From Callorhinchus milii (taxonomy: Eukaryota), in NCBI RefSeq assembly GCF_018977255.1, contig NW_024704742.1:94676001-94740000 (forward strand): DNA of 64,000 nt. Direction: 5' to 3'. Under the pieces are notes generated by a model. The model searched no databases, was not told the DNA's origin, and saw only the letters and a list, made by a program, of their open reading frames with translations. Below, piece after piece: positions 51,839 through 64,000 of the stretch. A program made the translations under genes and the position numbers. Within the stretch, counting starts at the first letter, position 1, and every line of letters starts with the position of its first letter.

Positions 51839-54800
51839 ATATAAGCAAACAACAACCACTCATTATGCATAAAATGTAAATTTGTCAAACTAAGATTAGA
51901 TGGAAATGACCAAATACTTCATTGAATGTGATGGATCCAGTATTACTAAGACCAAGTAATGGTTAACTTGAAAAACAAGGTAACTGTGGTGTAATGTGAA
52001 GGGTAAATATACATAGATATTATAGAGTTTTTACTGTCCTTTGGGATCAAGAAGAAATCTTGAATAACTTTTCCTCAGGAGAGTAAATTAATTGGTCCAT
52101 AAATTCCATGGTAGGGTGGATTGTACCCAGTCTTTGGGAGGTGGAAGCTTGATGTCGTATTTCATAATGGAATTCCTTAATTAGGAAAATGGCTTTCTTT
52201 CCATCACATTCACTCCATGAAAACTCCAATCCGATCCAAACTACTTCTGGAGTGGATTTTTAACAGGTCAATGGTAATTCCAACAGGAATCCTTTAGTAA
52301 GCAATCTAGTTAAAAATTAGACCTCAATAACAACTTTCATTGATATGCACCTTTCACATGGGATTGCATCTTGGAATGCTTAATCAGGTAAAAAAAAGGT
52401 TTTTAAACGTCACAGTGAGCAAACAGTAAATTGGTTGGGCAAGCTGCCTGTCTGTGTTCAGTAATATAAATGGCAACAGTGAATGCCTCAAGTAGGTGGA
52501 CACTAAGATACTCAGATGTTTGCTTCTAATACCCTAGAGTTGAGTAATCCAAGTGTGGTTTGATTAATGACTCTTGAATAAACTGCATGATAAAATATAT
52601 TGCCCAAAACTGCAGCCAAGAAGGTTTGTGACAGTATAAATGTCTGGATGACTATGTTAGTCAGTTATATATACACATGTTGCACATTTCTTTCATTGAA
52701 AGATGAGGGAACATTAACTGCAACTTCAGTAACACAAGTGGAGAGTATTTTATTCATGTAAAATCTCAAAAATCCATATTGAAAATAATTAAGTCAAGTA
52801 ACATGATTGAAAATACATAATGTCAAAAATGCGGTAGTCTTATCAAAATCGGTCGTTTTCGAAATAAGAATCAAGTTTCATCATAATGAAATTTAAAGTT
52901 AAGAATAATGACAGCAATATTCTTAGGTTTGGTTTGTAAATTGTACTTTCTGAACAATCACTGACTTATGATGAAATCAGTTTTCTCTGAAATTTATTTA
53001 ATAAAATAAATGTCATTTAAAAAAAAATTGGATAAATACTTCAGGAAAAGTAATACTAAAGGCTACAAAGAAAGAGCAGTATTACAGCAATTACAAATAG
53101 CTCCAATGGGGGAGCTAGTACCAGCACAATCACAACGGGCTGAACATCTTCCTTCTGTGCGTGCTGTAAATTCTAGGAAAAATACTCAATTTAAAGATAC
53201 AGCTCTGCTTATCAAAAATACCTCAAACACGGGAATAAATCCCTTGGGGTAAAATTTTCAGCAGTTTTATTAGCCAAATCCTTTGTTTATTTGCAATACA
53301 AGGAATGTGGTCACCTACAAAATGCACAGCCACTACACTTCATAGTAAATCCATTGAAGTGCATCCCAATGTGAAAGGTGCTATATCAAATGCAAGGATT
53401 ATTTTATTATTATTCACGAAACTACTGAAAATTGGACCGTGTAGGATTTATTCCATGGTGTTCATGGTATTTTTGATAAGTGGAATTGTATCTTAAAAAT
53501 TCACAGCTCACACAAAATTGTGTTCACCTCTTTAATATGAGTGAAGAAAGACACTCAAGCTGAGTGCTTTACACTTGAGGTCAAAGTAAACAAACCTGAT
53601 GATTGGTTATGTGTTCCAGGTATTGATTTAGTGCGCTCTAACATTACACAGAAACATAGCTGGCCATATAATTGCTATTTATCCATATAGTATTGTGTAT
53701 TCCACATTAATACTGTACTGTCCCCCATCTTCAATTCATAAAACTAAAACCACCTAATGTCCAGTCAGCTCCATTACCTTTATTCAGCGCAAACATGTAG
53801 GGACAGAGGAACTGCTGGTCGAGAAAAGACCAAGGTCCATCTAATTCGCCTTCTATCATCCTGATAGTCGCATGTTACAGTAATGGAGATGTTGATAGCA
53901 ATTAATTCTGTATGGATTAGTCTACAACAGAGTGGAAAACTTTGGGAACCTTACATCCAGAGTTACGTGGTTCTTCCAAGCCATGCTACACTTAATATAT
54001 GTCATATCTCAATTTACTCATATACTGTATACCAAATCTATCTAGTAAATGTAAGTTGTTATCTAATTTGCATTTGAATGAATCGAATACAATATGCATC
54101 CTGCTTATGTCTTTTAATGTCCCAGACATTAATCTAGCTAATATCCCTCCCTCATCTAATTCACTCTGAAAGAAGAAACCCAACAGATAAATGGCAAATC
54201 AACTCATTGTTTGTGAGACATTGCTGGTGAAAATTAGTTGTCATATTTGCTTGCATAATAACCTTCATTTATAATCATTCTCATTTTGTGAAATGCTTTG
54301 AGACATTCATCTGAAATATTAGATGCTCCACAAGTGGAATCTGTCGCTGTTGACTTCTCTAACGGACCTGTTTTTACACAGTGCAATTTATCAAACAAGC
54401 AAGTGGAGCCTGTAACATCTACACAGTGAAAAATCTACACAGGACTACTCATAACTAGAAAAGACTAAATACTTGACAGAGTGAATTGAATTATCAGTGA
54501 TAATTTTTTTTACAGTTAAAATATGAAGTGGCACTTTTGGGGATATTTTAATTTCATTGTATACTTATTCTTATGTTAGTAAGTAGTCCAGCTCAGTGCA
54601 GCTTCTTAGAAGCTCATGTTATTCACTCCGAATAATTTCTATGGAAACTAGTTAAATGTAAAATGACCATAATTTTTGTTTAACTGTACAGTTTTACAGT
54701 CTATATTCACAATGTTAATTTATGGAGCAGATTAATGATCCACATTCTCACCTTTGTAAAGTCTAATCTGTTAAACTTGACCCATTATAATGAGCAATTA

Positions 54801-57800
54801 CTAGCTCATTATTTAGCAACCACCAGAGTTTAGCCACAGTAAATGTCGTGCTCTTACATTATTTTTGGACTGTCCTGTTATTGTAAATATTAAATATTAG
54901 TAATAATCCTTACATTTAATATAGCACCTTTCATGTCAGGAGAACACCTCAAAGTGCTTCACAGGATTTACTATAAAGTGGGGTGACTGTGTATTTTTGT
55001 GGGTGACAGAGCATACTTCATTGTGTTTTATGCACTCCTTTTAAAACAATAAAAGTGTAAAAAAAAGTGATAAATTCAGCAATACAGTTGCAGTGCAATC
55101 TGAATATATTGTAAAGTGGATTGACTGTATGTTTAGGGCAGAATGTGGCAGTCAATTGTGCACAGTAGTGTCCTACAACAGCCGTGAGTAATCAAGGGAT
55201 TATTACCCCCGGAAAACGATGCGGCAATCAACTAACAACCGGGTTCCTACTTAATGTTGGATAAACAGAGGCGTGGAAGGGCAGCTGAATCATTGGGACA
55301 GGGTCTCTTCCCAATCAGCTCCTGTTAACCCTGCAATCCTAAACCCTAACGGGTAGGTTGGACCTAGCTGGACAAGCAGCGGGAAAGCTTGTTGGACATT
55401 CTGGCACTTGCCAACCTGCAGCTAATACTTTCCAGATTAGGAAAGCAGGATGTGTCCTTTCAGAGAGAATGTGCATTTCCTTCCAATAAATATCTCTGTA
55501 ATTTCCTGTAAAGGTGGGATACTCAGTTTGGTTTGAATACTCTTAAGCATGGTGATGGGTTTCTGTACGTCAGACCAAAAGAAATGTGCTGCAGCTGATT
55601 CTAACGGCCTTATCCTGACATATTTTCTATAAGCCTCAGAGACCAAACAGCCCATATGGCATGTGGCTAAGATATGCATTGCCTGGCTGTGGTTTCTAAT
55701 CAATGCTGTCTGCTTCATGAGAGCTGCTGTACAGTGTACAATTGAAAGGAGGGAAAGAGAGGGTGTGAACAACACTTAAATAGAATCGCACCTGAAACAG
55801 GTGAGAGGAAACCTTGACGCAAAATAATTTGAATAATCACTGCACGAAATTAAAACATATTTTATAATACAGTACAAATTTACATTTATATAGAGCTTTT
55901 CACATTGCGAGGACATCATAAGGCATTGAGTGGGCCAGGGCTTGCACCTGAGCTGAGAGTGAGGGCAGGGGGGAGAGGAGGGAAAGATGGCTGAAAGAGA
56001 ATTAAAGAGAAAGATCGATAGACCTTGAAGGTGGCGAGAAAAGGGAGGGGTGGGTCTAAGGCACCCCTTTGTACATTCAACTTGGCAGTTACGATTGGAT
56101 AGAATAATTTTAATGTGTTCTTAAAAAGACTGGCTTCCAAATGAAAACTCAGTTTAAGAATTCTTAACATAAGTCTCCGCAGTGTTATATTTTAAGCAAA
56201 ATCTCAGACAGCCTGAAATCTCTCAGCCAGTCTAATGCTGGCTGAGTTTTCAGGCTTCACTCTCAATCATGTGTCCCATTTATCCTAAATAGCTCAGGTT
56301 GTCCAGTGTCTCGGGACACTCAGGCCACTGTAGCTGGAGTGACTGTTTCATCCAGGATCTTAGAATGATAATAAATCTTTCCTCGTCTCAGATGTCTAAA
56401 GACTTATGTCCCTTTCAAACGAATTTCAAGTGTACCAAGGAATACTTTTAATGCATTTACCTGAAAGTTGATCTGGTTGAGCTATAATCAGCTTCATGTC
56501 ATGTCAGTATTCCAGTAATGCAAACATTGATTTCAGTTTTTAAAACATACGTCAAAATCCCTAAACCTCCCTCCCAAAAATAAACATTCCTGGGAGTTTC
56601 CTTTTCTTCTTTTGTTCTCAATTTCTCAGATTCTACAGCTTGTGGTGTGATTTCATGGTGTTTCGAAATTTAGTCTTTGTACTGTCCATGCAATGGCTGC
56701 AAATTCATCCATTTGATTGTCTTTGAAAGATCTCTGCAGTGTTTCATACTTAAAATTCTAATTGAAAGGTGTAGTGTGCTGGCCAATAATCCTCCAGGTA
56801 TCGGTTATTCATTTCATGGCTGTTTTATGGGACATTGCTGTGTGCAAATTGGCTGCCGCATATTGCCTTCGAATATACCTTCACTACATTTGACAGCAAT
56901 TCTCTGTGATGCGCTTTGAGGCATTTTCAATCATAGGCGCTATATCAAATGCAAGGATTTTATTACTATGTGACTGTTCAACTCCTTGTGATGTACTATG
57001 GTTTGATGATGAACCTCAAAATAGCGACACTCACCAAGTAAAATGAATTCCTAGGAACTAGGAAATCCAACAATATTCAGATTCAGACATTTGCCCACCT
57101 CCCTCATAGTCCCTCAACCTTAAAATATTCCTCATCACAGCTCTGCCTTAAAACATAAGAGGAAATCTATACACTAAGTGCTTCAGAGAAGAAGGCTGAG
57201 CCGTTTCAGATAGCGTTCAATTTCAGAAAGATTAGGTACATCTTTTATCTGTGGAGGGCAAACTTGTCCAAGAACTGCAAAGCTCCCCCAGGACAACATA
57301 TCGGTAGGGGGTGAGGGGGAAGGGCTGATATCAGGTACATCTGGAACTGAAGGAAGAGGAGGAAAAAATCTGGTGATAGGAAACAACCACAACTTGCATG
57401 TATACAGCACCCCTCACGCAGGATAGCATCCCGGAGCACTTTAGTCTAGAAACAAACTATATCTAGAGTTCACACTGGTAGGAATTGTTTGGAATTGAGC
57501 GCAGTTTGATTCCGATCTGCATTTGGCTAAAATAGAATCAGGTTTGTCTGAGAATATGCTTTGTAAACAATTTAGAAATATTCTGCAGTTAAGAAAATAC
57601 AGTCCCAGAACATGCAGGGATTCTTCTCACTCATCTCCTGATAAACCTGCAAGCCAAAGCCCTGATGCGTGGGGTGGTTCTAGCTGGAGAAGCAATGGGA
57701 AGCTTGCCAGGCAATGCTTGCAATGGCAAACAATGTGGTTTTAGCTGGTTAGGCTCCAGCAGTACCCTAACTGGCCGTGGCTCTTGCTAACCTGCATCTA

Positions 57801-60798
57801 ATACTCTCTGGAACTAGGTAAACAGGATGTGTCCCTTCAGTAAAAGAAAGTGAACATTCTATTCCAGACACAGTGAAATTTCCATGTGTGGGCGGCAAGC
57901 ATATGTGGAACTACGTTCACCACCCACACATGGCAGTCTGGTTTAAATACTCTTACACTTTGTGTTGTCTCGAGGACGTGATAAAGCTCTATATTAAATG
58001 CAAGGATTATTATTATTATTAAAACACATTGAGCAAAACTCTGGTTAAAAATGTATGTAAAAAGGCTCAGCAGACTCTGCCTGCATATCCCTCAGCCCAC
58101 CATCATCATAGAGCCTTTAGCCATCTCTGCTTCCCATCTTCTGGAACTCCCTCCCTCAGCCCCTGATTCTCACTACTTCTCTTCAAAAACCACCAAAAAC
58201 CCAATTTATTTGACAGTTCCTACTGTCACCTCCCTTCTTCTGCCTCTACCTGCCCCACTCATGAACCAGCATTGTCCCTTTGAAACCCTCTCTGAGATGG
58301 TTTTCTAGGTGAAAGGCACTGTAAAAGCATAATGCTGTAAAATTAAACTGGATAACTGAGTAGCAGAGTGCTTGTCTAGCTCAGGGACCACCTTACCATT
58401 AGGCATTTGACTTGCAGCAGTGAGTGTATCAAATTCCACACATACATATAAGATGTGAATTACTGTGGACTTGCCTGCCTTTGCCAAGGAAATGCTCCAC
58501 TCAGCCAATTCAGCAAGATCATTCATCTTACCACTCCCTAAAAAGCATAGTTTTAGAACATACAGTATGTAACTCATTGTAGCAACCATGACGGTGTGAA
58601 AGGCTGAGTAGTAACACCAATATTATTCCATTCCAGATTATTCTGCTCCTAAATCAAGTGTTCAAAATAACTGCCCTAGCCAAGATGTGTTTGAAATAAC
58701 CCAAGATCACAATATTTGGGAGATGGAATGGGCTCCTGCTACGGCGTTGTAATTTCTGTGACTCTGAAACATCTCTAGAGACTTCCACAGTTACATCTCC
58801 AAATGAAAGCCATATAGTAATTCCTCCTTTTAAAATTCCACAGTCCATTCTATCTTTGATGCCAGGCTAATTAAAATCTGTGACTCTACTTGTAACTATA
58901 AAATAATATTTACGGCATAGTTTTAGAAGTATGAATATATTGTGTTACAATGGGGTTCACATAGTGGTACATTTGATATTTATCATATCGTATATATCTG
59001 TATGTGGCAGAGGAAGCCCCCTTTCCCAATACAGTTCTCAATGTGAAATTTGTGAATTCAAGTGCCCAGCGTTAGACTTCCAGCTCACAGCATTTAAATA
59101 CCAGTTACTAGGCTACCAGCTGCTTTACAGGATAAAGCTAAGCAGCAATGAAAAACCCACAAGCTGCAAGTCAGACATCCAGTGCCACATTTCTGACATC
59201 ATGGACACTGCTATTGAGGACACCATCCGGTAGTCACTTGTGGCATGTCCACATCCAATTAATAATTGAATTTAACTCTAAACTGATCCCAAAATCCACC
59301 TTGTGTGTATTAATGAAATGTGTCTTTATGCCTCTGTGGCTATATATCTATTGCCGTGTGTATTTAACTGTAATATAACTGTAACTATTGGGGAAGAATT
59401 ATGGTGAGCATGATGCCCATCGCTTCTGCCGATTACAATATGATTATAATCTCTTTCATGGCTGGCCACATAACACTAAATGTAATTTTTATCCACATAT
59501 AGGTACATATAATAGCTGTGTGGTGTGTGTCATGCTAACATTACACACATGGCAGGAAGTTTTACAATGGATGTTGCATTATCACAGGATCAAAGGAAAG
59601 GTTTGGATGAAGAAGGTCCTTTGGCCTATCTGATCTCATTCCTCCAGGTTGCTCACCTTATTGTCTTCCCATCACAGTATCAAGCCATTTGTTAAATGAG
59701 TCCAGTATCATGGAATCATCCATCCTTCCTGGTAACCCGTTTCAATCACTAATTGCCCTTTGGGTAACATAATACTTCTTGGTGTCTGACTTGAAACTGC
59801 CCGTTGCAACTCTAAACTAATGTCATTTTATTCTACTGTTTCATTGCATCTGAAAGTAAACATACCAAAGACAAAATATTAGAAAATAGCTTTATCTTCT
59901 ACTTTTCAGGGACAAGATTGTACCTTTCAGAGGTGATCATCTGCTCATTGGAAAATACACTGTACCTGGCAAGCGAGCAACACCGATTACTGACCTGTCT
60001 GTCCAGAGCCTTGGGACGTCTTCCTGACATGAAAGGCCCTATACAGATGTAATTTGTGGTTGACCTTGAGTTATGAATTTCTGTGCTGTACACTTCTATG
60101 GTTCTATGGGATACTGACTGAGCTGAGAAGAATGAGCACAATTAAAAAGATAGCTTGCGAATCTTTAAGCCCAATTATTGTGCCCAAGTCTATAACAGTG
60201 CTGTGAAAAGTCACCTTTCTCAACCCATTTATATTTGTTTACACAAGTCCTAATAATAATATCTAATTGTTTTTAAACTATTGACTAGAGGGAATAAGCA
60301 CAGATTAGGGTGTGTAAATCTGCCGCTCCCTGCTGAGTCTAATAGGAACTATAATTTTGAATTCAGAAGATGGAATTTGACAAATGGAAACAAAATGTCC
60401 AGTGAATCTCATACACGACTCTCTCTCACTGTGGTACAGGTCAAATTAACAAGTGCAAACCTGTTTCTAAATCTAATATTCAGATTTGAGTTCTTCACTA
60501 TGTTCTACCAAGACAACTTCAAGCTTCAAAGCTGCTCCCATTGTGTTAAAAGCCCTTGAAGTACCATAGCAACAGTAGTCATGACTTATGGTGTCTGTGG
60601 TCTTGTACATGAGGGATTCTGCCAGGATTTCACTGTGAAAATAAGATTCGGTGAAATGCTAGCACATGAGCACTACAAATACTACAATGCCTTTTGTACT
60701 CTCAGACCTGTCATCGGTTTCTTTCTAGATCCGAATTAATCAACTCAACTTATATGTACATAGTACCTCTGTTTGTGTGAAAATGGGTGTTTATGCAG

Positions 60799-60848
60799 TG
60801 TGTGTGCAGTATGTGTATGTATGTGTGTGTGTGTGTGTGAGAGTGAGT
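60799..60848. repeat. Short (TG)n microsatellite
   Basis: Direct inspection. Confidence 0.85.
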
Positions 60849-61932
60849 CTGAATGTCATGTATGCATTATGAGAATATGTGTATATGTTTTAAGCCAAAA
60901 ACATGCCTATGTGCCCAAAACTCTCTCTTCATTTCCTATGGAAAAGTTTTTTCCTGCTGATAATGCTTGGTTATGTCTAACTACACAGTGTTTCCTTCTC
61001 CACCCCTTGTTCTCACTGTTGCAAATGCTAATCTTTTAATTATTAATCTCTCTGTTCAAGCCTCCAGCTACTTCTCTCTTTTTCAAACATCTCAAAGTTG
61101 TTCTGCTACTGAAAATAGCATGTTTCCACATAGCTTGTCTTTCTACTGTATCACACTTTGTAGGGGCGAGACTCTCTCTTTATAGATATACTAGGACGAG
61201 GAATGTCCTATCAAGCAGTGGTTGAGACAGAATCCATATTAGTTTTTAGGGGGGAATTTTAATAATAATAATAATCCTTGCATTTCATATATCCCCTTAT
61301 CATATCAAAATGGCTCAAAGTGCTTCATAGTAGTTATTGTTAAGTGTAGTAACTGTATTTGTAGGTAGCCAAAGCTCAACCTCAATAATACAAAAATGGG
61401 TGCATCAAAGGCATCACTCTGCGCACTGCACGACACTTCAGATGGAGATTCATTAAGTGGATTTAAGTGGAATTGTTAAGAGAAAAACAGTTTTCTGCTG
61501 AGTTGTGGTGATGGTGGGTGGGGGTGGGGGCGGTAAAGAGACTGCATATTGTGACTGTCGTTGTCAACATCGGAACTCAGAAATGCTCATCCTCCAATTC
61601 TTCAAAGTACAGAACTCTAAACTTCAAAATAGCAGACTTGAGTCCATTGGAGTTACCAGAACTTAATAGATCTGTCCACGGTTTCATTGTGTTAGCTCTA
61701 ATACAGAAATAATAATCACTCTTGATGTCAGCCTGGATTTTTTCATTCTTATAGGAATGCTCTCCTGAGTTCTCTCTCTAAATCTCTCCACCTCACACCG
61801 TCCTCTCTGCTTTCAAAACCCTTCTAATTCTGAATCTCCTTGATAAAAACCTAGGCCACCTCCGTCCTACAACTTTCCTCTGCCCTGACACTATCTCCTA
61901 CGCGGCTCAGTCTCTCGTTCCATTTCTATGAT

Positions 61933-62248
61933 GTGGTCTGCTCCACATCCCCCGCCCCAACCACCCTACCATCAGTGGCCGGGCCTTCAGCCTCTCAGGC
62001 CCTCGGCTCTGGAACTCTATCCCCCAGTGCCTTCGCCGCCTCCTCCCTTTCCTCCTTCAAGGCCGGTCTCAAGAACTTTCTCTTTGACCTTCAGCTCTCC
62101 TCTCGACTCTCTACCCCCTCCTCGCTCCCTCCCTTCCCTCCCCTCACCATTTCCCCCTGCTCGGGTCCTGACCCAACTGTACAGCGCCTTGGGACGTCCT
62201 CCCGACGTGAAAGGCGCTCAATAAATGGAATCTTGTTGTTGTTGTTGT
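61933..62248 (+). mobile_element. L2 LINE 3' fragment, nearly identical to the 17730 copy
   Basis: Same 3' UTR ...CCTGACCCAACTGTACAGCGCCTTGGGACGTCCTCCCGACGTGAAAGGCGCTCAATAAATGGAATCTTGTTGTTG. Confidence 0.9.
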
Positions 62249-62749
62249 ATGAAGTAGTTGGGCCACTTTATAAATGAAAATTGTTGTTATAATCAAATTA
62301 CATCTGGAAACTAGGAGAAGTGAAGAATGACATCATCTCATACAATCAGCATGGAAATGGCTGTTGAAATTCTCCTTAACCAATAGTTTCTAAATACCAT
62401 TGGTTAAATAAATTGGAGACTTAACCTGTACAGACCAAAGGTTAAAGATGGCACTCAGCATGTCAATGAATCATTGCAATCATTAGCCTTGAATACCAAT
62501 CGCGTCAGTAAATTAACGTACCTTTGAACAAATAATGCAGATGGATTACTATGCTAATTGTTTAAATTTATTGCAGAGATCTTCATGGATATGGAATAAA
62601 TTTGGGTTTAGTGTGTTACCATGACCTTGACTTATTGTCAGTGTTGGATAATAATATTGATGCTGATTTGATCTGATCTCACGTGTAACCCAGCACAGCA
62701 TTCCTCCTTATAACCTGGGCCAATAGAACAGTTTGGCTGCACTTCTCCC

Positions 62750-62915
62750 ACGGAATCCGCTACAAAAAACACCCTCCTCTGCTACACATGCAGCTTCCGG
62801 CCCGCGGGCCTCCCGGCTGTTTAACTGACATCACTGTGGGAGGGGCGCCACCGGACACACATGCGCAGTGCGGCGCAAGCGGCAAATGGGCTTCACTCGG
62901 AGGCCCCACTGTGAG
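62750..62915. promoter_or_regulatory. CpG-rich promoter-like patch
   Basis: Local CpG enrichment outside any repeat; CTTCCGG (ETS/GABP) 62794-62800, TGACATCA (CRE/ATF-like) 62826-62833, GGAGGGGCG (GC box) 62839-62847, CATGCGCA (NRF1-like) 62860-62867. Confidence 0.6.
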
Positions 62916-62918
62916 GAT

Positions 62919-63261
62919 TGTGTGTGTCTCTGTGTGAGTGTGAGTGTCTGTGTGTGTGTCTGTGTGAGTGTGAGTGTCTGTGTGAGTGTGTGTGTGAGTG
63001 TGTGTCTCTGTGTGTGAGTGTCTGTGTGAGTGTCTGTGAGTGTGTGTGTGTGAGTGTGTGTGTGAGTGTGAGTGTGTGAGTGTGTGTGTCTGTGTGTGAG
63101 TGTCTGTGTGTGTGAGTGTCTGTGTGTGTGTGTCTGTGTGTGTGTGTCTCTGTGTGTGTGTGTGTGTGTGTGTGAGTGTGTGTGTGTGTGTGAGTGTCTC
63201 TGTGTGTGTGTGTGTGAGTGTCTGTGTGTGAGTGTGTGTGTGTGAGTGTCTGTGTGTGTGA

Positions 63262-63294
<33 letters not shown>

Positions 63295-63363
63295 AGTGTC
63301 TGTGTGTGTGTGTGTGAGTGTCTGTGTGTGTGTGAGTGTCTGTGTGTGTGTGTGTGTGTGTGA

Positions 63364-63397
<34 letters not shown>

Positions 63398-63407
63398 CTC
63401 TGTGTGT

Positions 63408-63441
<34 letters not shown>

Positions 63442-63689
63442 GTGTCTGTGTGTGTGTGTGTGAGTGTCTGTGTGAGTGTCTGTGAGTGTGTGTGTGAGTG
63501 TGTGTGTGAGTGTGAGTGTGTGAGTGTGTGTCTCTGTGTGTGAGTGTCTGTGTGTGTGTGTCTGTGTGTGTGTGTCTCTGTGTGTGTGTGAGTGTGTGTG
63601 TGAGTGTGTGTGTGTGTGTGAGTGTCTCTGTGTGTGTGTGTGTGAGTGTCTGTGTGTGAGTGTATGTGTGTGAGTGTCTGTGTGTGTGA

Positions 63690-63722
<33 letters not shown>

Positions 63723-63791
63723 AGTGTCTGTGTGTGTGTGTGTGAGTGTCTGTGTGTGTGTGAGTGTCTGTGTGTGTGTGTGTGTGTGTGA

Positions 63792-63828
<37 letters not shown>

Positions 63829-64000
63829 TCTGTGTGTGTGTGAGTGTGTGTGTGTGTGTGTGTGAGTGTCTCTGTGTGTGTGTGTGTGAGTGTCTCTGTG
63901 TGTGTGTGTGAGTGTCTGTGTGTGTCTCTGTGTGTGTGTGAGTGTCTGTGTGAGTGTCTGTGTGTGTGTGAGTGTCTCTGTGTGTGTGTCTGTGAGTGTG
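62919..64000. repeat. Long compound (TG)n microsatellite with GA/TC interruptions, running past the window end
   Basis: Direct inspection: (TG)n interrupted by TGAGTG, GTCTGT and GTCTCT units. Confidence 0.97.

Noticed and set aside
48200..62700. Search for exons of a neighbouring gene on either strand
   Set aside because: No recognisable coding exon found by eye; short or non-coding exons cannot be excluded.

Overview
Eukaryotic (vertebrate) genomic DNA, AT-rich and repeat-dense. The repeats (tRNA-headed Deu-type SINEs, L2 and CR1 LINE fragments) point to a cartilaginous fish, possibly a chimaera; this is an inference. The window holds the last 12 coding exons of AGTPBP1 (cytosolic carboxypeptidase 1, CCP1/Nna1, M14D family) on the + strand, 911..47286. 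All exons have GT-AG boundaries and splice in frame to about 560 aa, with the prodomain motifs (FESGNL, WFYF, YPYTYS) and the zinc/catalytic motifs (HPGE, DLNR, DYHGH, YTME) intact. The 5' part of the gene lies upstream of the window. Downstream are a probable 3' UTR, about 14 kb of intergenic DNA, a short CpG-rich promoter-like patch (~62750-62915) and a >1 kb compound (TG)n array. Nearly all other ORFs in the track are transposon remnants or chance. The most notable observations are: (i) two intronic inverted duplications that include apparently unique sequence (~430 bp arms 9.2 kb apart; 87 bp arms 0.7 kb apart); (ii) an L2 LINE/SINE pair sharing a 3' stem-loop with compensatory base changes; (iii) an unclassified ~500 bp dispersed repeat with 5 copies; (iv) higher-order periodicity in the terminal microsatellite. 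I found no evidence of a novel multi-gene system.
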